A DNA stretch of 64,000 nt. Origin: Mytilus californianus (Eukaryota). Within the stretch, counting starts at the first letter, position 1. Every line of letters begins with the position of its first letter. The stretch is taken from contig NW_026262690.1 of NCBI RefSeq assembly GCF_021869535.1, positions 28,520,001 to 28,584,000 of the forward strand. The letters are read 5' to 3'. The notes under the pieces are model-generated. The model had not been told where the DNA came from. It worked only from the letters and a program-made list of their open reading frames with translations, and did not search any database. Position numbers and translations under genes: made by a program. Positions 11,691 to 23,074 of the stretch are shown piece by piece.

Positions 11691-11784
11691 TACATTTAAT
11701 GCTTCCTTTTTTTTTAATATTGGTGTTGTTTTGTACACTTTTTAGGCGTTTATATATAAGTTTGAAAATTAGACCCAATTCGTT

Positions 11785-11911
11785 AGAATTAGATTTTTAT
11801 GCTGACAAACTTTTTGTCCCTCAACGGGAATTGCACTCACACCTTTGATACACTACAACACCAATCGCTTAGCCTCGTGTCCAGTGCTCTAGACCACTCG
11901 ACCACATCCGC
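11785..11911 (-). mobile_element. tRNA-derived SINE head
   Basis: Reverse strand reads GCGGATGTGGTCGAGTGGTCTAGAGCACTGG...GGTGTGAGTGCAATTCCCG. This has a Pol III A-box (TGGTCGAGTGG) and a degenerate B-box, and no intact cloverleaf. Confidence 0.7.
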
Positions 11912-12008
11912 TATATATATAAATATAACTTCAATAGTCATAGTGTTACCTTGTCCCGTAAGGCGAATCTAGAGATAGACATAAGACGTGTTTTAAGAGT
12001 GTGTAGAA

Positions 12009-12170
12009 GAAAGGGGGACGAAAGATACCAGAGGGACAGTCAAACTCATAGATCGAAAACAAACTGACAACGCCATGGCCAAAAATAAACAGACAAACAG
12101 ACAAATAATAGTACAGATGACACAACATAGAAAACTAAAGACTAAGCAACACGAACCCAACCAAAAAGTG
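12009..12170 (-). repeat. Dispersed repeat fragment (retroposon 3'-tail-like)
   Basis: AAGGGGGACGAAAGATACCAGAGGGACAGTCAAACTCATAGATCGAAAA... is recalled as an abundant bivalve repeat. It is single-copy in this window and the orientation is inferred. Confidence 0.5.
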
Positions 12171-12389
12171 TGTACCGGGTAGATGTTACATAATTTTTAA
12201 AACATGAAAAATTAAGCTGCTTCTGTTCTCAGTTCTAATGACTATCTAAAAAAAAATAGCTGATTAGTTTCACATGTTCTGTTGATATAGGGTTTAATAA
12301 TTCAATAATTTTGGTCTTTTGGAAGTGACATAAATTCGCCTTCCCTTTGAACTTTTTTAAATAGATCCAATCTTAATTTCATAAATGTC

Positions 12390-14870
12390 TTACGATGGCG
12401 GACAAGATAGAACGTGTTGAATGTCGCTCATAAGAAAATTAGTTTACTAAGTAACCAAGAAAGAATTCTGATATATGACTGTGTGCTATCATTAGTATTT
12501 TGGATATTGAATATTTAATTCTACACAATAAAGCAAGAATGTACAACAGAGTCAAGTAATTAAGATAGTGTGGTACTCTGAAATTGACCATTGTTTACCA
12601 TTGTAAATAAAAATGGCGGACACTCAAAATCACATTGTAAACAACTCATTAGTGGACACTCCTGTTGGAAATTCTATCGAAAATGCACGTCAAGTTCTAT
12701 ATGGACAGCATCTAATCTATGTTCCTTTCAACACACCAGCAAACCTGCATGGCAACCCACAACAGAAATTGGTTTTCTCCGATCAACCCTCCCCCCCCCC
12801 AAATTTCGAATGCACAAAACACACAAATCTGTCTAGAATCTGTATTAAATGACATTTATACAAAATTATCCCATCTTGATGCTTTACCGTCGATTGATAA
12901 ACGTTTAGGGGGGATCGAAAGCAGATTTTCATCATTAGAGACAGAACTTTCCGAAGTTAAACAAGATATGAAGCAAATAGAAAATAGAGTAACTGGATCT
13001 GAGCACGTAGTTAATAAAATGGAAAACAGATTTCGCTTTATAACGGAAGAATTTGATAACATGAGACAAGAAAATATGGAACTTAAGAAAAGCTTCTTGA
13101 AGTTCAGTCAAGGTCGATGAGGGAAAATCTTCTTTTTGGTGGCATCCTCGAAGATCCGAGGGAAAAAGAAGACCCGGATAATGTCGAAATGGAAGCAGTC
13201 CTTAAGAAATTTATCAAAGAAAAACTTAAGATAAATGAAGAAATAAAATTTCATATTGTTCACCGCCTCCGATCACGCAAGGATGCCAAACCAAAAACCA
13301 TAGTGGCTAAATTTGAAATCCGAAAGGACAGAAACAAAGTTCTTAGAGCTGCCCCGGCCAAACTGAAAGATACATCTTTCAGCGTCTTTGAACAATATCC
13401 ATATGAAATGGTAGAAAGAAGAAATATTCTATGGCCTATTTTCAAACGAGAACAGCGTCTAGGAAATCATGTCCGTCTTAAGGATAACAAATTATACGTA
13501 AATGGCCACAGAATCTATCCTGAAGATGTAATTGAAGCTCAGAAAAATGCACTCAATGTACCCAACAACCACTCTTCTCAAGACAACATGTATCCAGCTC
13601 AACAGTGCAGTCAGTTTCTAAGGGAACACTTTGGCTAACGAGACGAACCAAAAGCAGGTTTTGGTCGTCCCCGCTACATGTAGGACAGGCAAACAAGAGG
13701 ACAGTTGAACTTAAAACCCAGTATTATATGTAACAATTCTCACCCATTAAATATTTTTAATGCTTAAATGTATGTGGCCTAAAAAGTAGATTAATATTTA
13801 AAGAATTTACTGATTTGATTGAACTAAATGATATTTTTGTATGTATTGAGTCAAAACTAGATGATTTAGATGAGCTTAATTTGCCTGAGGGGTATGATTA
13901 TTTTTCCAAAAATAGAAAAAAATTTGAACGAAAATCTGGAGGTATAACAGTCATTTACAAAAATTGTTTAAAAAAATTTCTTACATTTATTGACACGGAC
14001 TCTGAGTTTGTACTTAGGGTTCCTTAGGGTTAAAGTAGATATTCCAATGCAATTAACTAAAATTATGTTTGGTTGTATTTATATACCCCCAGAAAATTCA
14101 AAGTATTCATCCAAGGATGTCTTTGATGAAATTGAAACGGAATTAATTACGTTAAAAGATCAAAGCACTTCAATTGCACTATTAGGCGATTTTAATGCCA
14201 GACCAGGGTCTCTTTGTGATTTTATTATACCAGACGATGAACTTTCAAAAATTTTGAATTATGATGGAATAGATGCTTATATGACTATCATAATTCATGT
14301 TTATATAATGTACCCTTACAAAGATCGTCCGAGGACAAAGGTCGCATCAATGTATATGGTAACAAACTTTTGTAATGATGTAAAAACAATTGTTTATATA
14401 TTGCTAATGGCAGAATTGGAAGCGAAAAAAATTTGGGCAAAGTAACTAGCAAAGAAACTAGTTTAGTTGATTACTTAATAGTATCAGCAGATTTATTCCC
14501 CTATATTTTAGAATTTGAAGTGATTGATTTTGATCCGTTATTTTCAGATATTCATTGTAGATTGCATTTCAATCTTTCAGCGATGTTACCGAACAAATTT
14601 GCTTGATAAAAACAATTCATCGAATGTGCCTAGTAGGCATATTCGTTGGATTGGTGACAAAGAGATCAATTTGTTGACAGCGTCGAAAGAAAATTGACCA
14701 TTGATAACTTGTCGAACCAGTTAGATACGCTTGATATAACTAATGAAAAATGTCAAACCGACCTAAACGAGTTAGTCGAAAGTTTAAATAAACAGTCCGG
14801 TATGCGGTTTAAATAGAACAAAAGAATTCGAACTCTTGTGTTTAGAAGGTAGAAAAGTGAAATGAACTTT
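12390..14870 (+). mobile_element. 5' half of a decayed CR1/L2-group LINE: ORF1 (coiled coil + RRM-like) and AP-endonuclease part of ORF2
   Basis: ORF1 pieces lie at 12613-13120 (coiled coil) and 13117-13638 (RENLLFGGI..VHRL...KPKTIVAKF..DRNKVL...FSVFEQYP). APE motifs are LNVCGLK (about 13765), CIESKL, SGGITVIYK, GCIYIPPENS and LGDFNAR. Frameshifts are present, with a poly-C tract near 12790. Confidence 0.88.
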
Positions 14871-16841
14871 GTATACGGTTGTTAAGATGACACAAAAGTT
14901 ACTTTCCGTAAAATCATTATGAATATTTGCATTCACGTTGATTAACTTTCATATTGTACAACTGTTAACAATGCAACTTGCAAACAATCGTTTTTAAAAC
15001 GACCATAACTCAAGTTGTTACGTCAATAAGGGGGTCTCCTTATAACCTGCTACTTTTTTTTGCCCGACATAAAAAAAATCTGGGAAAAATTACGAATATT
15101 GAGAAATAAATTATCAATCGGTTAAGACCATTCACAAAGTGGCACACCTAAATTTGACATTTGTACGCAATTTCAAAGTTGGATGTTATATGGTGGGGTT
15201 TTCCTCATTGATTAACGCATCGAACACACACCGTCCAATATATGTAACACCACATGACTTTTTAGTGATTAAAACTATTATTTAAAAATAATATTTGCAT
15301 GTTTGACATGTTTTTTTCTTAAACAATTACAATTACTCCGACAGTCATAATTTTTGTAATATTTAAAAAGTTTTGTTCCACATTTTGTTACACCTTAGTT
15401 ATGCGGTAACCCGGATTGGTTGACCATTGTCAAGTTGAGTTTTTGGGGTAGCATAGATTTATATCGTTGTATTCCTCTTATTTGTGTTAACCAATTGTAC
15501 TTTCGGAATTATTTTTTATACATCTTATATTGATCGTGTAATTTCTTGTAATTAAGTTTGCGTCTTATTTCTTTGGTGTCATATTTTGGCTGTTTGTGTT
15601 CGATCTTTCAGTATTGACAATTCGACAGTTGCCCGCCAATGGCGTTATCTTGTTATTTCTTGTGACTCTTTGCGTCTTATTCGTTGATTGCAGTTGGGTT
15701 ATTTTTGTCGTATGTTTCGATCGTACAACGTTTTAAAAGTCGACAGTTGCCAGCCGACATGGTGTGATTTTGTTTTTTTCTTTTGATGTGTTTGCATCTT
15801 AAATTGGGATTGCAGTTGTATCATTGATTTCTTTTGTGTTATATTTTCGATACATTTTTATTCGATCTTATAGCATCTTACAATTGTCCGTCGACATAAT
15901 GTGATATTTTTTCTTTGATCGCTAATATTATTCATAAGATTTTATTTTATTATTTATATCTTTTTCTTTTCTTAATAATTTACCCACAGTCGAAAATTTA
16001 TTAGACATTAAGAGTCGTACATACGAGATCTTGACTTAGTTAACAGTTTTACGTTAGACTCAATTTTATTATAGTTTTTCGCATAAGGACTCGATTGTTT
16101 TATAGTACTTTACTTAAATAACTGCCCTACTGTTAGTTCTTCACAACTCAGAAACAGATTCAAGAATATTAAAGTTCTTTGCATAAAGGCTCACTAATAT
16201 TAGTTTTTATCTTATACGGCGGCTCACTGTAATTTCAACTCAACGTATCAACTCAAAGTATGATGAACTTCAAATCTAAACACAAATGCCTACTGTGCGT
16301 GAAATGTTAGTCAACCAATTCTTGGCGGTGTTACCATAACACATGCAAACCCTCAGATCATCTTCAATTTGGTCAAACAGCATGTTTAACATATGGTCGG
16401 ATGATTGTATCTGCAATTTATGCAATATAAAAATGGCGAAATTATTTCAGGAAAGCCACCATGTAAGAGACAAAAAAAACAGACATCCGTCAGTAATGTG
16501 TAAACATCGGACAACATAACCTTGAAATACTTGATATGTCAAAGTTTTTGGAAGTGATGGAAGAACATATAATGGAGTCGCCAACTAATCCTACCAAAGT
16601 TTTTCTTTGCGAATCGCGTTGTAAACCGATACATTTCTTGTCAATAACATGTAGTATGCCATATTGGTCTGAGAAAATCGCCCGCCAACGCGATCTTCGT
16701 CAAATTCCCGACTTTGACGTCATGCTAATTATTTGCTTGCAATCAAGAGGAAGAATATCTTTAATTATCAAAAGAAAGCAACATCTGTGAAACATGCAAC
16801 AATACTCTATCAAAGTAAGCCAGGAAACAATCCCTCAACAA

Positions 16842-17114
16842 GGAAGCAACCATTTAACTTCAAAGGGGGGTATGGTTTTCTTGTCTGAACTCGGAACATT
16901 TTTTTTCCCGCCTCCATCAATCAAATATTTTTTTTTCAAAATTTAACACTATAAGGTATGGAGAAATCAGAATTCATATTTTTTTTTTATCATCAATTTT
17001 GCCTGACAACAATATTTTTTCCATCGAATTGGGGATCAGACGATTTTTTTTTTATTTTTTATTAAATCTTATTCCTCCCCCTTTTTAACCTTTTGAAGTT
17101 AAATGGTCGTTCCC
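16842..17114. mobile_element. MITE with about 26-bp imperfect TIRs (PIF/Harbinger-like)
   Basis: Left GGAAGCAACCATTTAACTTCAAAGG, right CCTTTTGAAGTTAAATGGTCGTTCCC followed by TTA. Confidence 0.7.
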
Positions 17115-18906
17115 TTATGTAAATAACCAGCACAAAGACTTTCATTATCTTTTTTCTACATTCCAAGACGACCTTCGCACTGTTCAAACCAATCTTGAAA
17201 ACGTTGTCCTTACACATACTTACCTCCATGTTATTGTCTCAAGTCTGATTATTTAAAGACAAATATTTCAGTCTCTGCACCGAACACTTACAATCAACCA
17301 AGCCGTCGCTAACACGGTGCTTAAAAGAACAGCGGCTTGGATAAAAATTGTACTTGTAGACAGTCTGATAATCTGTTACAGTTTTATACAAGAGTAAGTC
17401 CTTTGCTGTTAATAATAAAAACGAAACTATTATCATGTTTTGGAAAACATCGACAGTTTGCTTGATATTGACAAATCAAAAATTCAAGTCACATGGTAAA
17501 GTTGGGGATGCTTAAACCTTTGACTTATTTTGTAAGTTGAAAAATGAATATACTAAAGACCTTTTTTTGGGTGTTAACATTTCCGGTTGACTGGCATATT
17601 TTATAGAATGTATAGCCTGTTTTATTTAAAATTTATTTTGATGCTGGTCTTAAAAAGATAACGAAAATTAAGCATATGTTCTTTTAACTGTTCTTGAACA
17701 GGGCTCCAATTTAAAAAAAAACCGAGTTCAGATGATCAAGTTCTTTGAACAAAGAGAAAGGGGAAACCAATGGCACTGCTATATCATCTCAGGAATTATA
17801 TCACAAAAAAATATAGCTTGTGTTATAAATATATGAAGCAGAAGAAAGTCAACTGTGCATCTGAATTACCATCAGTATTACAAATATATGAAGAATACAT
17901 TAACATCCCTTCTGTTATGGATAAATTTGACAAATTCTGTATGAAAAAGTCAGTTCCTATTGTGGGATAATTTATTCATATAGATTATTTCTCCTACATA
18001 TCTTTATATATTACTTTCTATAGTTCAAATTGTAATCTCAGACTAGCATCTGACCTTTTAAAACCTCTCCTCTTTGTTCCATGCCTTTGGTCGGCATTTG
18101 TTCTTCAGAATAATTCCAAGACATCTGACTGTCAGATATATAAAACACAACATTTAAACGTGATTTCAAAATGGGGGCTTTTCTGTCAGCCTAACAGGTA
18201 GGGCATGTCAGTTGCTTGCACTAGACGAGGCTCATTAGTCTCTTATACACGGTTATATTAAGGAATCTTTTCGGAAACAATCTCCATAACTTCTTGATAA
18301 AACTACTGTCTATCATCCTTTTCGACACTGCAAAAAAAATCAAACAAGCAATTAAAGCGGGGGTTCCAACCACATGTTCCCCATACAAACGGATCTGAAA
18401 ACAGGACTCGTCCCCGGAACTGACACTTGATTTATACATCAGATGTATCACAAAATATATACATGTTAATGATATATACTAGTATATGAAATAAAGGAAA
18501 ATATAAATTGAAAATGTTGAATTATCATTAATGTCTACGAAACCACAAGATCCTACTTAATTGACCATGTTTTCAAATCATATCAAATGTTTTCATTGGT
18601 CTTTACTTGTTGGAAAAATGTACTGAATTCATTGTTAGCTAAATTATCAATGTTAGGTTATTGCATATTCTTCAGAGCTGCCTGTTTAACTAAAGAACTG
18701 AATAGGGGATGGATATACGTACTTAACATTTGGGTATATTTTCAACATATCTAACAATATGTGAGAAAAAGGTAGGTTAAATATCTCTCTTATTCTGTAA
18801 ACAGGTATTGTAGGATTGTTAAGGTATTTCGGTGTTTTTAAAGCGCCCCCTTTTTTGTAATATACACCAAAAAAACATTTAGTTAGGATAAAGAACTAAT
18901 AAACGG

Positions 18907-19307
18907 TAGTTCCTATAATATAAGACTTCGGAGGTTCATATCATTTACATTCAACGTTTTTATCGGATTTTTTTTTACTATCAATGTTGAACCGGTTCAT
19001 ATCATTAACATTCAACGTTTTTTATCGGATTTTATTTTTACTATCAATGTGGAACGGTTGAACGGTTCAACATTGATAGTAAAAAAAAATCCGATAAAAA
19101 CGTTGGATGTAAATGATATGAACCTCAGAAGTCTTATATTATAGGACTATATATATAAGACTTCGAAGGTTCATATCATTTACATTCCACGTTTTTATCG
19201 GAATTTTTTTTACTATCAACCGTTCAACATTGATAGTAAAAAATAATCCGATAAAAAACGTTGAATGTAAATTATAAGAACCTTTGAAATCTTATATTAT
19301 AGGACTA
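18907..19307. repeat. Two adjacent foldback (near-spacerless palindromic) elements, 18907-19149 and 19150-19307
   Basis: Arm (TAGTCCTATAA)TATAAGACTTCGGAGGTTCATATCATTTACATTCAACGTTTTTATCGGATTTTTTTTACTATCAATGTTGAACC faces its reverse complement. The first element has an internal duplication of the arm. Confidence 0.88.
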
Positions 19308-19898
19308 CAATAACCCGGTAAATAGAATAATTGAAATTGAGTTAATTGTGTGTGAGAGGCGCTTTTAAGCAACTTTATGAGTGTGTATTATATAATGTTA
19401 CAGTGTAACAAACCTATCAAACACACCGTAAAAAATAACATTATCTCCCCTGGAAATGCTTAACAACAAGACACAAAAAACTGCTACCTTTTTTTGCCCT
19501 ATATCACATAATTATGAAAACACATTAGATATATAGGGGATACTGTGGTTGTGTACATGTTTGAATGTGTAGTTGGCACACTCAGAACGATCGTCTCAAG
19601 ATTTAAAAAAAAATTTCTACCATCGGTTTCCGGGTTCTCGTAGCAACACGTTTCTTTCCCTTCCCACTATTCCTGATTATGAATTAATTTAAAACATGCA
19701 TTTATCCTAAAGCAACAACTATTAAACAACTCACCTATACCAATTGGGATCGTCTAATTCCTAACTGATTCCTTTAATCGTACATGTCCTGACGACACCC
19801 ATCGCTGTCGCGTCTACCATTGGAGGCAGCGAAATTACATGATTTGACAGGAGAGCGAAATAAACAAGGGGAGCAATTTTATCGAACCGCATCCCGGA

Positions 19899-20640
19899 CT
19901 GGTATGATTGCCAATGAAACAACTATCCACCAGAGTTCAAATGACGTAGATGTATATAGATATAAGAAGATGTGGTATGAGTGCCAATGAGACAACTCTC
20001 CATCCAAGTCAAAGTAAATCATTATAGCAATTATTGGTCACCGTACAGCCTTTAGCAATGAGAAAACCCAAACCATATAGTTCGCTATAAAAACCCAGAC
20101 TAGAAAAATGGAAAACAATTCAAACGAGAAAAAAAACTTGACAGACATTTACCGACGACAACCTCGGAATTACAGGCTCCTGACTTCAGACAGGCATATA
20201 AAATATGTGGTTGATAAAACATGTTTGTAAGCATTCATCCCTCCTCTAACCTGGCCCAGTGGTGTGCATTTGTAACAGCACAACATAAGAACTAACTGTA
20301 AAAATCAGGTGCAAATGGCTATAGATCGATACGAAGCACGCAAAAGCACCCAAACTATAAGCAATAAACACAAAGCAATTCATTGTATATAACAATAAGA
20401 AGACGTGGTATGATTGCCAATTGGAAAACTATCCACCAGACACCAAATGGCATAGAAGTTAACAACTATAGGTCACCTTACGACCTTCAACAATGAGCAA
20501 AACCCCTACCGCATAGTAAGCTATAAAAGGCCCCGAAATGACAAATGTAAAACAATCCAATCAAGAAAACTAACGGCCTGATTTATGCACAAAACAATAA
20601 ACGAAAAACAAATATGTTATCCAGCAACAAACGACACCCA
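19899..20640 (-). repeat. Cluster of three copies of abundant dispersed repeat family A (SINE/LINE-tail-like)
   Basis: Shared terminus AGAAGATGTGGTATGA(G/T)TGCCAATGAGACAACT at about 19899, 19964 and 20397. The sense strand is inferred from the common end. Confidence 0.8.
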
Positions 20641-20829
20641 CAGGAATTTTATTATGTACTGTTAGCAGATTCGAATGAAATTTTGGTAACAATCATCCAA
20701 AACAAAATGGAATACACTATATCTTCCATCTGTTTACTATAGTGTTGATTTAATTTATCAAGCAACAACATTTGATCTGGGATGGTTATGCACGAAGCAA
20801 CACTTCCCTAGAGATACCACGATATTTGG

Positions 20830-20835
20830 TTTATT
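20830..20835 (-). promoter_or_regulatory. Candidate polyadenylation signal AATAAA
   Basis: Reverse strand TAAATAAA overlaps the TAA stop codon. Confidence 0.4.
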
Positions 20836-21908
20836 TACGACCGATATGACGCGTTGATGTTTTCATTATACATTAAAAATCCTAAATAAAACCATGGATC
20901 ACCGGATAGAACTTTTTGTTTCCCTGGTAGGTATGATTGAACTTCGACGGTAATGGGATTTTTCTTTCTCTCCTCAGCTGTGTACATTGAATATAAAATA
21001 TGTTGTTCTACGTTCATCAGTTCCTGTGACAAATAATACAAAACTCTATCTTTATATTGAGATTCAAACTTTTTTAAAACGTCTGGTTTTCCTAAAAATA
21101 GTCCACCACCTATCCAATTCTTATTTCCGAGTATGATAGATCTTGCTGAAACTTTCTTTAAAGGTACATTATATACTTGAGTGACACCAACTTTGGAATT
21201 GTCAAAATCAGTAGGAACTTCTAAATAGAAATATTTTTTACGACTAGAAATATCACGGAAATAGCCTAAGTCTAGCCAGGAATAGTAGTCTGATGCCAGT
21301 AGTTTTGAATTAATTGCTTTTGCAACTAGAGTCAGCTTTGAATGGGTCATACATGTGTAATCCGATATGTATGTATTCGGATAGTGCTTTGGGTATCCCG
21401 GTTTGGAATAAAGCTTGGCTATTTGTGGTTTGATGTGGAATGACCATAGGTCATCTCTAGAGAACAGTATTATTTGTGTGGTAAAAGCTGAATTGTTTCG
21501 TTGTTCTGTAAAAAAATCGGCAAACTTTTTGGAATCTGTATAAATTATCAATGGATTTTTAAGATATTTGTACGCAGACATCCAAACTTTATATGACTCC
21601 GGTGTTCGGATATTTGAAACTGAACCTTTCGGAAATTTCCCGAGATTGAAAAATGCTGTTACAACAGTGAGACTTCTATTTGTATTTGTCCATAGATCCT
21701 GATATGGTTCCTTACTTTTTGTGTTTTTCCATGAATCCTGAGAATTGTCCGAGGCTACCTGTTTCTTTGGTTCTAAGTTTGACTGATTAAATGGTAACAA
21801 CTGTGTGACCATTTTCGATCTACCAACCTTCCTAGTCACCAATGTAAGAAATATAACAAGTAGGATGGATATAATGATCGTAGGACGGAAAATCTTCTTC
21901 TTCATCAT
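20835..21908 (-). CDS. HtrL/YibB(WlaTC)-like protein, 357 aa, predicted type II membrane (Golgi-type) putative glycosyltransferase-like enzyme; single coding exon
   Basis: Intact 1074-bp ORF. Basic N-tail plus hydrophobic anchor (IIISILLVIFLTLV) and a stem region. Family-like motifs are TVVTAFFNLG, RTPESY, NPLIIYTD, YPNT...Y...HSKLTLVAKAI and DYYSWLDLGYFR. A splice acceptor (TTACAG) lies 12 nt upstream of the ATG and AATAAA overlaps the stop. Confidence 0.85.
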   Translation of the reverse strand: MMKKKIFRPTIIISILLVIFLTLVTRKVGRSKMVTQLLPFNQSNLEPKKQVASDNSQDSWKNTKSKEPYQDLWTNTNRSLTVVTAFFNLGKFPKGSVSNIRTPESYKVWMSAYKYLKNPLIIYTDSKKFADFFTEQRNNSAFTTQIILFSRDDLWSFHIKPQIAKLYSKPGYPKHYPNTYISDYTCMTHSKLTLVAKAINSKLLASDYYSWLDLGYFRDISSRKKYFYLEVPTDFDNSKVGVTQVYNVPLKKVSARSIILGNKNWIGGGLFLGKPDVLKKFESQYKDRVLYYLSQELMNVEQHILYSMYTAEERKKNPITVEVQSYLPGKQKVLSGDPWFYLGFLMYNENINASYRS

Positions 21909-21920
21909 GTTTTGATCTCT

Positions 21921-21940
21921 CTGTAAGATAATGTAAGTAC
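21921..21940 (-). promoter_or_regulatory. Splice acceptor of a 5'-UTR intron of the HtrL-like gene
   Basis: Reverse strand reads TACTTACATTATCTTACAG|AGAGATCAAAAC-ATG, with the AG at 21922-21921. Confidence 0.6.
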
Positions 21941-23074
21941 AATCAATCTGCAGTTGAATATTATAAATTATTACACTACATGTTGAAATTTAACTTTTTT
22001 GTTTGTTTGATTTGTGTTGGGTTTGTTTTTTATTTGTTTTTTTTTTTTTTTGAGGGGGGGGGGGGGGAAGGATTTTTTTTTTTTTTTTTTTTTTCTCAAT
22101 ACAAAGGGAACGTTTTAGAGTTACAAATAGCTCGGCTGCACAAATTTATAGTATGCCACCCTTTAGTCTTTATCAATAAAAAAAAAACGGGCATAGCAAA
22201 AATTAATAATTTGAAAACTAATAATAAAAAAATTTCAATATTGTAGTTTGAATAACAAATATTGGATATTGCGATAAAGCAGATTACTACTCTCAAAACA
22301 ATGCCGCCAACCTCGGCTTCGCTTCGAGTGGTTTTTTTAGGGTATCAATCAGCTCTTTCACCCTTTCAGTTGTGCCTAATTTATACTCCGAAATAAAACG
22401 TTATTTCAGATGCATTATATCTAATATTGACATTTAAAGTCGAAATCAACAAATAATCATAATTTTCGAGGAGAAGGTAATCAGTTATTAATTTTTATGG
22501 TCTGCCTTGATAAAACTATTAATTTGCTAGAATAAATTATATCAAAATGTGTTTTAATGTATTTCAACTGACAGTGAATGTGTTGGGTATATCACTTCAT
22601 CTATGTTATAGCTAATATTAAGTTATTAACTTGGAATTAACTGTACTTAGGGACAGGACAACTCTTTTTAACCCAATCCCTTGTGTTTCTAAAATCCGTT
22701 TTATTTTTTTTGTTTGTTTTTTTTTTCAATTACTTTCGCGTTTTTCTGTGATATATTTACACAAATGTATATATACTAGAAATAATGTATTTACGATGAG
22801 CCTCTCTATATATATTATCAGTGACAGCTGTGGATAGTAACCTAAGAATTGATAGTAAATAGTAAATACACGTCATTTTTAGTATATTTTTAGTATGGGT
22901 TCAGAAAACACGTTTACAAGATGGGTATCTTGTAAATGACTAAAGACACAATTCAGCTAATTAAATTGCATATAAAAAGCATGGATTTTTCTTTCTATTT
23001 TGAATTAAAGTAAAGTTATTGAGTGATTCGTTCTTTATAAGATTAAAGTTAGGCAGGTTGTTAAGTAGACGATT

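Larger units (their letters stand above)
9335..11755. repeat. Near-perfect tandem duplication of a 1209-bp Penelope-derived unit
   Basis: Identical ORF pairs are offset by exactly 1209 (9501/10710, 9664/10873, 9864/11073, 9884/11093). Each unit is an antisense RT N-terminal fragment, a sense GIY-YIG C-terminal fragment, and a 3' UTR with a hammerhead. Confidence 0.95.

Noticed and set aside
11785-11911. tRNA gene
   Set aside because: A and B boxes are present but the B-box is degenerate and there is no closed cloverleaf, so it is a SINE head. The same applies to 45740-45817.
18200-18450. LALDEAH as a RecQ/DEAH helicase remnant
   Set aside because: The motif is immediately followed by a stop, no other helicase motifs can be placed confidently, and both strands give equally weak resemblances.
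20835-21908. HtrL-like ORF as bacterial contamination
   Set aside because: It has host-like AT content, a eukaryotic signal anchor, a splice acceptor and AATAAA, is flanked by animal SINE-like repeats, and has no operon or Shine-Dalgarno context.
22035-22096. Poly-T/poly-G/poly-T tract and ORF 21980-22246
   Set aside because: Low-complexity intronic homopolymers. The ORF is a compositional artefact.
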